From positions 12,769 to 76,768 of the forward strand of contig JAHFFT010000003.1 of assembly GCA_023247795.1 (NCBI GenBank): a DNA stretch of 64,000 nucleotides, in the 5' to 3' direction. The stretch comes from Candidatus Omnitrophota bacterium (GTDB lineage Bacteria; Omnitrophota; Gorgyraeia; Zapsychrales; JANLHA01). A program made the translations under genes and the position numbers. The notes below the pieces were generated by a model. The model searched no databases. It was given only the letters and a program-made list of their open reading frames with translations, and had not been told where the DNA came from. Below are positions 51,294 through 60,370 of the stretch, one piece after another; position 1 is the stretch's first letter, and every line of letters begins with the position of its first letter.

Positions 51294-51866
51294 ATGTTGT
51301 TGATCATCGATAACTATGATTCTTTCACCTATAACCTGGTTCAATATTTTGGTGAGCTCAAAGCAGACCTTAAGGTCTTTCGCAACGACGCGATCTCTTT
51401 GCGAAAAATCAAACAGCTCAAGCCAAAGCAGATTGTCATCTCTCCTGGACCTGGCCGACCGGAAGACGCCGGCATTTCCGTCGATCTGATCAAAACCTTT
51501 GCCGGAACAATCCCCATTTTAGGTGTTTGCCTTGGTCATCAAGCGTTGGGTTATGCTTATGGCGGAAAGATCGTCGCTGCCAAGCGCTTAATGCATGGGA
51601 AGACCTCGTCGATCCAGCATAATGGAAAAGAAATTTTTCAATCCATTGAAAATCCCTTTGATGCCACACGTTACCACTCCTTGGTGATCGAAAAGCGCAG
51701 TCTGCCAAAATGTCTGGAAGTCACGGCCGTCACCAAAGACGCGTACCGTGAAATCATGGCGGTTCGCCATAAGACCCTGCCGCTGTGGGGTGTCCAGTTT
51801 CATCCAGAATCGATCCTTACTCAGGTTGGAAAGAAAATTCTAAAAAATTTTTTACAGATTTCATGA
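51294..51866 (+). CDS. trpG: Anthranilate synthase component II (glutamine amidotransferase)
   Basis: [27 protein letters not shown]. Confidence 0.93.
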   Translation: MLLIIDNYDSFTYNLVQYFGELKADLKVFRNDAISLRKIKQLKPKQIVISPGPGRPEDAGISVDLIKTFAGTIPILGVCLGHQALGYAYGGKIVAAKRLMHGKTSSIQHNGKEIFQSIENPFDATRYHSLVIEKRSLPKCLEVTAVTKDAYREIMAVRHKTLPLWGVQFHPESILTQVGKKILKNFLQIS

Positions 51867-52873
51867 GACAATTCATTGAAAAGGTCCGGAACAAAGAAAA
51901 TTTAACGCATGCCGAGATGGAAGCGGTTATGCGTCTGATCGTTGATGGTAAGGCCGCGAATCAAGAAATCGCGGATTTTTTATTGGCCCTCAACGCTAAA
52001 GGCCCGACGGTGGAAGAGATCACCGGTGCCGCGAAGTCTTTGCGTTCCTTTGCCATCCCGGTGCCGACGAAGCATAGAGTTGTTCTTGATACCTGTGGGA
52101 CCGGAGGGGATCGCAAAGACACTTTCAATATTTCTACTGTCGCGGCATTGGTTGTTGCCGGGGCCGGTGTTGTTGTCGCCAAACACGGGAATCGTTCCAT
52201 CACCAGCCGTTGCGGGAGTGCCTGCATTTTGGAAGCTTTGGGAGTGAATCTCAACGTCGAAGAAAAGCGTTTGGGAACATGCCTGGATGAGATTGGGATT
52301 GCTTTCCTTTTCGCTCAGCGACTGCATCCGGCGATGAAACGGGTGGCTGTGGTGCGTAAAGAATTGGGTGTGCAGACCCTTTTCAATTTGTTGGGTCCGC
52401 TGCTCAACCCCGCCCGAGCGACCCATCAGATGATGGGGGTGAACCATCGGGATTTGGTCGAGCCCATGGCGCAGGTGTTAAAGAATTTAGGGTTGAAGCG
52501 GGGCTTGGTTGTGCATGGCAGCGATGGGCTTGATGAAATCACCACCACCGCAAAAAGTTTTGTCAGTGAATTTGCGGATGGACAGGTGCGGTCTTACACG
52601 ATTGAGCCACGGGAAGTGGGTATTCCTTTAGCTAAGGAAAATGATTTGAAGGGCGGCGGTTTGCCGGAAAATAGGAAGATTTTCAAAGCGATTTTGCAAG
52701 GTCAGCCTGGTCCCAAACGCGATATCGTGGTTCTCAATTCCGCCTATGCGTTTTATACCGCCGAGCGGGTCAAAGATATTAAAGAGGGGATCGCCTTAGC
52801 TGAGCAATCCATTGATTCTGGTAACGCTCAAAAGAAACTGGACGCTTTGATTTCTTATACTCAACAGAGTTAA
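51863..52873 (+). CDS. trpD: Anthranilate phosphoribosyltransferase
   Basis: [23 protein letters not shown]; ATG at 51863 overlaps the trpG stop. Confidence 0.96.
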   Translation: MRQFIEKVRNKENLTHAEMEAVMRLIVDGKAANQEIADFLLALNAKGPTVEEITGAAKSLRSFAIPVPTKHRVVLDTCGTGGDRKDTFNISTVAALVVAGAGVVVAKHGNRSITSRCGSACILEALGVNLNVEEKRLGTCLDEIGIAFLFAQRLHPAMKRVAVVRKELGVQTLFNLLGPLLNPARATHQMMGVNHRDLVEPMAQVLKNLGLKRGLVVHGSDGLDEITTTAKSFVSEFADGQVRSYTIEPREVGIPLAKENDLKGGGLPENRKIFKAILQGQPGPKRDIVVLNSAYAFYTAERVKDIKEGIALAEQSIDSGNAQKKLDALISYTQQS

Positions 52874-52896
52874 GACGGTTTGCAGAGGGCTAATTT

Positions 52897-53700
52897 ATGT
52901 CGTCGGATTTTTTAAAAGAAGTCGTTCAGTATAAAAAAAAGCTTAACAAAAAGAAAGAGGCCTTTTACGAAGGCTTAAAGAGAAACACGACGAAGACCAA
53001 GCTCACCCGTTATCGTCTTTTTAGAGAAGCGATCTCCAAACCCCGTCGGATCAATCTCATTGCGGAAATCAAAAAAGCCTCACCATCACAGGGGCTGATC
53101 TGTAAAAAATTTGACGCGCTTAAAATTGCCGACACTTACGTTGAGAATAAGTGCGACGCCATTTCAGTCTTGACCGAGGACAAGTTTTTCTTGGGGAGTT
53201 TTCGCTATTTGAGGCAGGTCACGGACCAATTTGCCGTTCCGGTTTTAACCAAAGATTTTATTATCGAGGAAGGGCAGGTTTATGAGGCCTTTTGTTTCGG
53301 CGCAAGTGCCATTTTGTTGATTGTGGCGATCTTGAGCGATGAGCAACTCACAACGCTCATGCAAATCGCCGCTCGACTTGATCTTGATTGTCTGGTTGAA
53401 GTCCACGATGAAAAGGAATTGGACCGGGCCTTGCATGCCAAGGCTGATATCATCGGGATCAACCACCGCAATTTGCGCACGTTGGATGTGGATTTGAATG
53501 TCAGCGAAAAGCTCATTCCGCGGATACCGTCGGGAAAGATCATTGTCGCGGAAAGCGGGATCAAGAGCCATCAAGATGTCCTCCGATTAAAGGAGCTGGG
53601 CGCCCATGCTGTTTTGATTGGGGAAAGTTTTTTACGAGCAGATGATGTGGGTGCCCGGTTAAGAGAAATTATGTATGGCGACACGGATAAGCGGCCATGA
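52897..53700 (+). CDS. trpC: Indole-3-glycerol phosphate synthase
   Basis: IAEIKKASPS, SVLTE, KDFI, GIN.RNL, AESGI. Confidence 0.96.
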   Translation: MSSDFLKEVVQYKKKLNKKKEAFYEGLKRNTTKTKLTRYRLFREAISKPRRINLIAEIKKASPSQGLICKKFDALKIADTYVENKCDAISVLTEDKFFLGSFRYLRQVTDQFAVPVLTKDFIIEEGQVYEAFCFGASAILLIVAILSDEQLTTLMQIAARLDLDCLVEVHDEKELDRALHAKADIIGINHRNLRTLDVDLNVSEKLIPRIPSGKIIVAESGIKSHQDVLRLKELGAHAVLIGESFLRADDVGARLREIMYGDTDKRP

Positions 53701-54308
53701 CCAGAGTCAAGATTTGCGGGATCACCAATATTGAGGATGCCTTGCTGGCAAGCGATCTGGGGGCCTGGGCGCTGGGATTCATTTTTTACAAAAAAAGTCC
53801 GCGCTACGTTGGGTCCAAAAAAGTCAAAGCGATCATTAAGCAATTGCCGCCTTTTGTTACTCCGGTCGGGGTTTTTGTCAACGAAAAAGCAGATGTTGTT
53901 AACAAAACAGCGGATTTTTGCGGACTGAAGGTGTTGCAGTTTCATGGGGAAGAGAGTCCGGCGTATTGTCGTTCATTCAAAGCCTATCGAGTGATCAAGG
54001 CCTTTCGGGTTAAGGGTACGTTTGATTTGAAGGTCCTGAAGCCCTATCAGGTTTCTGCGTATCTGTTTGACACCTATCAGCATGATCAATATGGTGGAAC
54101 TGGCCAGTCTTTTGATTGGCAGTTGATAAAATCGGTCAAGAAGACCGGCATTCCAATGATTCTTTCTGGCGGCCTTCATATTGGCAATTTGGGGGAGGCA
54201 ATTAAAGCAGCTCAACCCTATGCGGTTGATATCTCAAGCGGGGTAGAGTCCTCTCCAGGCAAAAAAAGCGAATCAAAATTGAGGCAGTTATTTAAGAATG
54301 TTCTTTAA
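53697..54308 (+). CDS. trpF: Phosphoribosylanthranilate isomerase
   Basis: KICGIT, SPRYV, QFHG.E, GGTG..FDW, SSGVE. Confidence 0.96.
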   Translation: MTRVKICGITNIEDALLASDLGAWALGFIFYKKSPRYVGSKKVKAIIKQLPPFVTPVGVFVNEKADVVNKTADFCGLKVLQFHGEESPAYCRSFKAYRVIKAFRVKGTFDLKVLKPYQVSAYLFDTYQHDQYGGTGQSFDWQLIKSVKKTGIPMILSGGLHIGNLGEAIKAAQPYAVDISSGVESSPGKKSESKLRQLFKNVL

Positions 54309-54323
54309 GAAAAGCATTGCGCC

Positions 54324-55673
54324 ATGAGAGAATCCGAAACAATCGAATTCAAGAAATCCACCACCGAGGTTAAGGCGGGGGTTACTTCTATTGTGGCAAT
54401 GCTCAATAAGCATGGCCGGGGAGAGGTGTATTTTGGTATCAATGATGACGGTAAGGTTTTAGGGCAGACCCTCGGGCGGACAACGATCAAGGATATAACG
54501 CAGGCGGTGGTGGATAATACGGAGCCGAAGGTTTATCCAAAGGTGGAGGCGCGGCAGATTGAGGGTAGAGAATGTATTGTTGTGGAGGCCCATGGGAGCG
54601 ATAGTCCATATTTTGCTTATGGCCGGACATACATCCGCGTTGGGGATTCGGACAAAGCCATGAGTCCGCAGGAAATTGAAACACGCATACTCAACAGGAA
54701 GAAACTGCTTTGGGAAAAAGAAATATCTGAAAAGACCTTTGCCGATGTCAATGAGGATACGGTCAAGGAATTTATGCGTAAAGCTAAGGCGGCCAAGCGC
54801 ATTGATTTTGATTTCGTCGATGTTAAAACCACGTTAAAAAAGCTTCATCTACTGCATAAGAATCAATTGACCAATGCGGCTGAGGTTTTTTTTTGTGATG
54901 AAAATTCAATGGAAGTCCAAGCGGCAATTTTTGCTGGGACGGACAAGCTGACTTTTTTGGATATTAAGTCTTTTAAGGGAAATCTTTTTAGCTTACGTCA
55001 GCAGGCGGAGATTTATGTTGAAAGTAATATGAAATGGCGTGCGGATTTAAGTGAAAGCCGTCGCAAAGAAATTCCAGAAATTCCCGTGCGGGCTCTTGCG
55101 GAGGCAATCGGGAATTCGTTGTGCCACAGGGATTTTACTAATCCTAAGGGTAATGAAGTGGCCATTTATAAAGATCGGATTGATATTTATAACCCGGGCT
55201 TATTCCCGGAAGGGATCAATCCAGAGGATTTTTTTAGCGGTGAAGAACAATCAATTTTACGAAATCCTTTGATCGCGGAAACGATGTTTAAGTCTAAAGA
55301 TATTGAAAAATGGGGAAGCGGCATTAAGCGCATTCATGATGAATGTGTGGCCGCTGGCGTTAGGGTTGTCTTTAATAGGCGCAAAACGGGTTTTGTGGTT
55401 TCTTTTTATCGGCCTAAGTGGGAAGATGGGGAAGGTTTAGGTGAGGATGGCCCAAAAACTATCAAGAAAACTATCGAGAAAACTATCAAGAAAAATAGTC
55501 AGAAAATTTTAGATTTGGTACGTCAAAATCCAAAGATTACGGCGGAAGAATTGGCTAAAGCAACAGGGTTAAGCAGTGTCGGCGTTAGGTACAATTTAAA
55601 TAAGTTGAAAAAAGAAAATGTGCTAAAAAGGGTCGGCCCCGACAAAGGTGGTCATTGGGAGGTTGTTGGGTAG
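54324..55673 (+). CDS. Schlafen/AlbA_2 domain + RecG-C-like (HATPase_c_4) + wHTH protein
   Basis: ES..IEFK, A.LN..G...YFG..D.G (AlbA_2); EA..N...HRD, NPG, RNPLIA, IE.WG.G; C-terminal HTH ending RVGPDKGGHW. Confidence 0.85.
   Translation: MRESETIEFKKSTTEVKAGVTSIVAMLNKHGRGEVYFGINDDGKVLGQTLGRTTIKDITQAVVDNTEPKVYPKVEARQIEGRECIVVEAHGSDSPYFAYGRTYIRVGDSDKAMSPQEIETRILNRKKLLWEKEISEKTFADVNEDTVKEFMRKAKAAKRIDFDFVDVKTTLKKLHLLHKNQLTNAAEVFFCDENSMEVQAAIFAGTDKLTFLDIKSFKGNLFSLRQQAEIYVESNMKWRADLSESRRKEIPEIPVRALAEAIGNSLCHRDFTNPKGNEVAIYKDRIDIYNPGLFPEGINPEDFFSGEEQSILRNPLIAETMFKSKDIEKWGSGIKRIHDECVAAGVRVVFNRRKTGFVVSFYRPKWEDGEGLGEDGPKTIKKTIEKTIKKNSQKILDLVRQNPKITAEELAKATGLSSVGVRYNLNKLKKENVLKRVGPDKGGHWEVVG
55455..55502 (+). 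repeat. 12-bp coding tandem repeat (x3-4) in the linker
   Basis: aaaactatcaag aaaactatcgag aaaactatcaag aaaaatagtcag (KTIK KTIE KTIK KNSQ). Confidence 0.85.
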
Positions 55674-55837
55674 TTGCGAGAGATTATTTATAGATGATAC
55701 TATGGTCGCGGGGTTTAAAATTTTTTAACATATTTTTCAACCTTATTTTGAGCAAATGATATTTTAAAATATTTGTAAAATATTGTAATTAAACAACTTA
55801 CATTTTTAGTAAAAATTTAAAATACTGCTTTTACGGG

Positions 55838-55866
55838 TTGTCATCTCAAAAACAATGTGCTATGCT
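55838..55866 (+). promoter_or_regulatory. sigma70 promoter feeding the riboswitch
   Basis: TTGTCA (55838-55843), 17 bp, TGn-TATGCT (55861-55866); AT-rich upstream tract; implied +1 near 55873. Confidence 0.75.
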
Positions 55867-55872
55867 TAAAGA

Positions 55873-56030
55873 GCCGATAAAGGCAAACCCGGGGAAACCC
55901 GGGGACGCAAAACTACAGACCTACGTTATCTGAAAACCGGAAAGGCCCTTTAAGGCAACTGTGGCGCCTTTGGGCATAGTAGACTTGAACGGTGTAAGTA
56001 GGATGATATGGTGGCTGTGTTGCCGAAGTG
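55873..56030 (+). ncRNA. Cyclic di-GMP-I (GEMM) riboswitch aptamer with enlarged P3
   Basis: GGCAAA-CCCGGG-GAAA-CCCGGG-GACGCAAA; P3 with CCUACG/UAUGG receptor-like element; ends GUUGCCGA. Confidence 0.88.
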
Positions 56031-56077
56031 CTGGGGAACTGATATGACCCCCACTTTATCGGCCTTCTTAATTTTTT
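56022..56077 (+). terminator. Riboswitch expression platform (terminator-like hairpin + U-rich tract)
   Basis: gccgaagtg-ctgggg...cccc-cactttatcggc followed by cttcttaatttttt; ctttatcggc (56054-56063) is also the exact complement of gccgataaag (55873-55882). Confidence 0.6.
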
Positions 56078-56090
56078 CCCCAATTTGAAA

Positions 56091-56837
56091 ATGAACAAAT
56101 TAGCGACCTGTTTTTATCTTATTCTGCTGGCATTCTGTTTTTTTGCCTCACCGGTATTTTCACAAGAACAAAATCTTGAACAAAACAATCAGGCCAATCT
56201 TGATGAGCCAACGGCCCAACCCATTGAATTTAACAGTGCAAAATTTGGGGTCACACTGACTTTTCCGACTGGGTGGGTGGTTGAGCCGCAGGAAGATAAA
56301 AGAGCAGCAAAGGCCGAAGAAGTTCAGGGTGTCTATTCTCGAGAGAACTTAACCGATCGGACCAAAGGTCTGTTGGGCCAGCCACTTTTTCCTGGCGGCG
56401 AGGAAGAGCAAGCCATCGATCAATTGGTGGGCGATTTAACCAATGCCTCGGTATCAGCGGTACCGATCGTCTCTGCTTATCACAACGATCCGCAGCAGAT
56501 TGAAATCGCAGAGCGTCCGCATATCTATCTTCGGGTGAAACCCATTAGCAGCAACGATCCCTTTGCTGAAGAAAGGAGTGCCTGGCAGCTCAGCGTCAAA
56601 TTTGCTAAAGGAACATTTGTGGTTCCCCCAAATGAGTTTAACCATAAGGGTATCGACGCTATCGGGACCATTTACAATTATCAATCCCTGTCCTCCGGTG
56701 TCGAGATCACCCAAGAAGATTACGCGTTTCGCCATGGACAGGAATTGCTGACCCTTTCTTTAATTGCCCCATCATCAGAAGTCGAAAGTCTTCGAATGGA
56801 TTTTGACTCTGTTCTCGACAGCCTTGTTTTAAGATAA
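56091..56837 (+). CDS. Secreted/periplasmic hypothetical protein (PsbP/DcrB-like features)
   Basis: Sec signal ending VFS/Q; FGVTLTFPTGW and C-terminal FDSVLDSL pattern. Confidence 0.7.
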   Translation: MNKLATCFYLILLAFCFFASPVFSQEQNLEQNNQANLDEPTAQPIEFNSAKFGVTLTFPTGWVVEPQEDKRAAKAEEVQGVYSRENLTDRTKGLLGQPLFPGGEEEQAIDQLVGDLTNASVSAVPIVSAYHNDPQQIEIAERPHIYLRVKPISSNDPFAEERSAWQLSVKFAKGTFVVPPNEFNHKGIDAIGTIYNYQSLSSGVEITQEDYAFRHGQELLTLSLIAPSSEVESLRMDFDSVLDSLVLR

Positions 56838-56909
56838 TTCTTAAGAAGGCAATAATCCGCCATCCTTTCTTGAGATAACTTTTGAAAATCCTTTCCAAAG
56901 ATTCAATTG

Positions 56910-56918
56910 TGGTATAAT
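56910..56918 (+). promoter_or_regulatory. Extended -10 promoter
   Basis: TGG-TATAAT ending 10 nt before ATG 56928; no SD, so a near-leaderless transcript is implied. Confidence 0.55.
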
Positions 56919-56927
56919 ATCGGTTTC

Positions 56928-57230
56928 ATGGTCAACAAATTCATTCGTGTTTATCAGGAAATTGATATTCAGGATGTCAAGACGCACAGCCTCATTTTTG
57001 GCGATCTCTCCGGAAATTGTTCCCAATGCAAGGCCATCAGCATCAAGCTTTCCGCTAGCCAGTGTCCCGAATGTCAAACGACTTTTAAGTACATTGCTTT
57101 TCGAAACATGAAGAGCCACCAGGCCAAGGTCCATAAAATCAAAGCGGAACGTCCCAGCCTGATTTTGATTGATTATGACGATTATAAGATTGCGACCAGC
57201 ATTTCGAAGGCCGAGGAGTTGTTTGGATGA
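56928..57230 (+). CDS. Small zinc-ribbon protein, unknown function
   Basis: CSQC and CPEC motifs; stop overlaps the M20 start (ATGA). Confidence 0.75.
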   Translation: MVNKFIRVYQEIDIQDVKTHSLIFGDLSGNCSQCKAISIKLSASQCPECQTTFKYIAFRNMKSHQAKVHKIKAERPSLILIDYDDYKIATSISKAEELFG

Positions 57231-58378
57231 AAAAAGAAGATAAAAGGGTCATTCAGCTCTTACAAAAAATCGTTCGCTATAATTCGGAAAATCCCCCAGG
57301 GAATGAATGGGAGCTGGCAAAATTCATTGAGCATGACCTGCGTTCGTTAGGGCTGGAAGTTAAGATTTATACCTATGCCAAGGCCAGGCCGAACATCGTT
57401 GCCACTTTGAAAGGAATTTTACCCAGGCAGCAAGCCAAGAGCGGGGCACTGCTGTTAACCCCGCATTTTGATACCGTGCCGATTGGAAAGGGGTGGAAGC
57501 AGGACCCGCTCGGCGGAAAAATCATTGGCAATAAAATTTATGGACGGGGAACGTCCGATGATAAGGTCAACGTCGCGGTGGCAATGGAAGTGATGCGGCG
57601 GCTCGTTGAGAAACGGGTCCGGCTGAAAAAGGACGTTATCATGGCCGCGACCGTTGATGAAGAGACCGGCAGTCAATACGGCATCATTCCACTTCTTGAG
57701 AAAGGGATCTTAAAACCCAAGGCCGCGTTGATTTTGGATGCCAATGAATTTGACGCGACCGTCGCGCAAAAAGGGCTTTTTCATACGCGGATCCAAATTT
57801 TTGGCAAACAGGCGCATGGGGCTTATAACTGGCGGGGTGTCAACGCGATTGAGATTGCGGCACGCGTGATTGAGAAGATCAAAAAACATCAATTTACTTT
57901 TAAGCGTCATCCCTTGTTGCGTCCTCCGACGATGAATATCGGGACCATCCACGGCGGGGACAAAGTCAATATGGTGGCGGGTTTTTGTGAATTCTCGCTG
58001 GATAACCGTTTTATGCCGGGCATGACCGGCGCCGAGGTTTTGAAAGTCATTAAAAAAATTATTCGCAGTGAAACCAAAAGATTTCAAGTGATCATCAGCG
58101 ATAGCCAGAAACCTTATGAGATTTCCGCGGAACATCCCTTTGTTAAGACGTATTTAGCGACCGCAAAAAGGATGAAAATCAAGTCAACCCTTTGCGGCAG
58201 CGAAGGGGCAACGGTCATGACATTCTTTCAGGAATTTAAGATCCCGGCATTTGCAACCGGTTTTGGCGCGCATGGAACGGCCCATACCGTCGATGAATAC
58301 GCTAAGGTCGATCTTTTGGTCAAGGGCGCTCAGTTTTTGGAAAGGGTTGTAAGGGATTTTGATGAGGTTGGCTCATGA
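57227..58378 (+). CDS. M20 family metallopeptidase (ArgE/DapE-like)
   Basis: HFDTVP, GRGT.D.K, DEE, H.A...GVNAI, AHTVDE. Confidence 0.9.
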   Translation: MKKEDKRVIQLLQKIVRYNSENPPGNEWELAKFIEHDLRSLGLEVKIYTYAKARPNIVATLKGILPRQQAKSGALLLTPHFDTVPIGKGWKQDPLGGKIIGNKIYGRGTSDDKVNVAVAMEVMRRLVEKRVRLKKDVIMAATVDEETGSQYGIIPLLEKGILKPKAALILDANEFDATVAQKGLFHTRIQIFGKQAHGAYNWRGVNAIEIAARVIEKIKKHQFTFKRHPLLRPPTMNIGTIHGGDKVNMVAGFCEFSLDNRFMPGMTGAEVLKVIKKIIRSETKRFQVIISDSQKPYEISAEHPFVKTYLATAKRMKIKSTLCGSEGATVMTFFQEFKIPAFATGFGAHGTAHTVDEYAKVDLLVKGAQFLERVVRDFDEVGS

Positions 58379-59103
58379 AAATTTGGACCGGAACGGCTCT
58401 GGGTTGTCTTCTGGTGATTTGGGCTCCGGGCCAACTGCCGCTGGCACTGAGGGCGGCCGGCCAGAGCCAGGCCGTGGCGGTCGTTGCCGTCGGTGAGAAA
58501 GTAACGTACTCTATCAAGCAGTTAGGGATCACGTCAGGAACCGCGACCCTGGTTTATCAAGGCCAGGCGCCGGGAGAAGCCGCGGATGTTCATCTCATTG
58601 TCTTCACTGCGGATGGCATGAATTTTTATGATCAGGAAAAAATCTATTTTCACCACCAGTCTTTTCTTCCGATGAGGGTCGAGCGGGACATCAATATTTT
58701 CGGCAAGAAAGAAAAGATCATCGAATATTACGAGCCTGATCAGGAACGGATTCGGATTGTCAAGACCATCGGTAAAGCGACCGAGGAACAGATCATTAAA
58801 AAAGCAGGGCCGATTGACAATATTTATTGCTTCATTTATCGCTATCGGCAAAACGGCCAGTTTGCCTTGAATGAAGCGTTGAACTTGCGTCTGCCCACAC
58901 AGGATGTCGCGATGAGCATTGTTGATCAACCAAAGCTTAAGGTCGCCGGAGAGTTGTATGATGCGTTTTATCTGCAAAGCCATCCGGAAAAATATCATAT
59001 CTGGTTTGACGGGAGCGAGAAGAAAATTCCTTTGCGGATCGACGGCGCGATTGGTTTTGGTAAGACCGCGATGATCATGAGCAAATACGAAAACCCGAGT
59101 TAA
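58375..59103 (+). CDS. Exported protein, DUF3108-like
   Basis: Signal peptide, GEK.TY.....G...G.A.L, IWF......IPLRI. Confidence 0.6.
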   Translation: MKIWTGTALGCLLVIWAPGQLPLALRAAGQSQAVAVVAVGEKVTYSIKQLGITSGTATLVYQGQAPGEAADVHLIVFTADGMNFYDQEKIYFHHQSFLPMRVERDINIFGKKEKIIEYYEPDQERIRIVKTIGKATEEQIIKKAGPIDNIYCFIYRYRQNGQFALNEALNLRLPTQDVAMSIVDQPKLKVAGELYDAFYLQSHPEKYHIWFDGSEKKIPLRIDGAIGFGKTAMIMSKYENPS

Positions 59104-59105
59104 AA

Positions 59106-60293
59106 ATGAAAACATTCCCTGATAAACACGGACATTTCGGTGAATTTGGCGGACAGTTTGTCCCCGAGACCTTGATGTCGTGTCTGGCTGATCTTAAAAA
59201 GGCTTTTGCGACTTTGCGTAAACAAAAAGCGTTTCAACAGGAGCTCGCGCATTATTTGAACGATTATGCCGGAAGGCCGACCAAGCTGTATTTTGCCGAG
59301 CGGCTGAGCCAAAAGTTTAAAAATTTGAAAATTTATTTAAAGCGGGAAGACCTTCTGCATACGGGTGCGCATAAGATCAATAATACCTTGGGGCAGATTT
59401 TATTGGCCAAACACATGGGCAAGACCCGCATCATTGCCGAGACCGGTGCTGGTCAGCATGGGGTCGCGACCGCGACCGTGTCAGCGCTTTTTGGCCTCAA
59501 GTGTCAGATTTATATGGGACAGCAGGACATGGAACGTCAGGCGCTGAATGTTTTTCGCATGCAGTTGTTGGGGGCAACGGTTGTCCCGGTGACCAGCGGT
59601 TCGCAAACGCTCAAGGACGCGATGAATGAAGCGATCCGTGATTGGGTGACGAATGTCCGAGACACGTTTTACATCATCGGTTCGGTTGCCGGCCCGCATC
59701 CCTATCCTTTGATCGTCCGGGAGTTTCAGTCGATCATTGGGCGGGAGGCGAGGATGCAGTTTTTGTTGAAGGAGAAGAAATTGCCGGATTATCTCGTCGC
59801 CTGTGTTGGTGGAGGGAGCAATGCCATGGGATTGTTTCATGCGTTTTATCAAGATCACCGGGTTCAGATGATTGGAGTTGAGGCAGCTGGCCGCGGGGTC
59901 AACACCGACCATCATTCGGCAACGTTGTCGAGCGGAAGCATCGGCGTTCTGCATGGAAGTAAAAGCGAACTTTTACAAACCAAAGACGGACAGATTCGGA
60001 TCGCCCATTCGATTGCCGCGGGGTTGGATTATCCCGGAGTGGGGCCAGAACACGCGTATTATAAAAAAATCGGGCGCGCTCGGTATGAGTCGGTCACTGA
60101 TCAAGAGGCGTTGTCTGGGCTGAAACTTTTATCGGAAACCGAAGGGATCATTCCAGCACTGGAAAGCTCGCACGCGATTTTTTATTTAACGAAAATGAAC
60201 CGGCAGGTCAAGAAAAAGTCTTCGGTGATTGTCTGTTTATCCGGACGCGGGGATAAGGACATGCACACGGTGCGCGAGAAATTATTAAAATGA
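59106..60293 (+). CDS. trpB: Tryptophan synthase beta chain
   Basis: [31 protein letters not shown]. Confidence 0.98.
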   Translation: MKTFPDKHGHFGEFGGQFVPETLMSCLADLKKAFATLRKQKAFQQELAHYLNDYAGRPTKLYFAERLSQKFKNLKIYLKREDLLHTGAHKINNTLGQILLAKHMGKTRIIAETGAGQHGVATATVSALFGLKCQIYMGQQDMERQALNVFRMQLLGATVVPVTSGSQTLKDAMNEAIRDWVTNVRDTFYIIGSVAGPHPYPLIVREFQSIIGREARMQFLLKEKKLPDYLVACVGGGSNAMGLFHAFYQDHRVQMIGVEAAGRGVNTDHHSATLSSGSIGVLHGSKSELLQTKDGQIRIAHSIAAGLDYPGVGPEHAYYKKIGRARYESVTDQEALSGLKLLSETEGIIPALESSHAIFYLTKMNRQVKKKSSVIVCLSGRGDKDMHTVREKLLK

Positions 60294-60320
60294 AAAATCG
60301 TATTCAACAAAAATTTCCCA

Positions 60321-60359
60321 CACTCCCAGGGTTCAACCCCCGGGGCAACCCCGGGAGTG
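60321..60359. repeat. GC-rich palindrome between two copies of the trpA 5' end
   Basis: cactcccagggtt ... aaccccgggagtg (13-bp IR, 1 mismatch). Confidence 0.75.
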
Positions 60360-60370
60360 AAGAGGATGTC

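Noticed and set aside
55873-55890. Possible c-AMP-GMP (GEMM-Ib) specificity
   Set aside because: The position equivalent to Vc2 G20 is G (55882, in GGCAAA), as in c-di-GMP binders, not A.
55930-56000. Insert as a hammerhead ribozyme, or a c-di-AMP, glycine or cobalamin aptamer
   Set aside because: Only short fragments match (CUGAA, GGAAAG, GCAACUGU); the required cores (CUGANGA..GAAA, GGGGAACC..GCUAAC, CUCUCAGG, B12 box) are absent or out of order.
55913-56098. 61-aa minus-strand ORF over the riboswitch
   Set aside because: No RBS or recognisable features; the region is explained by the structured RNA.
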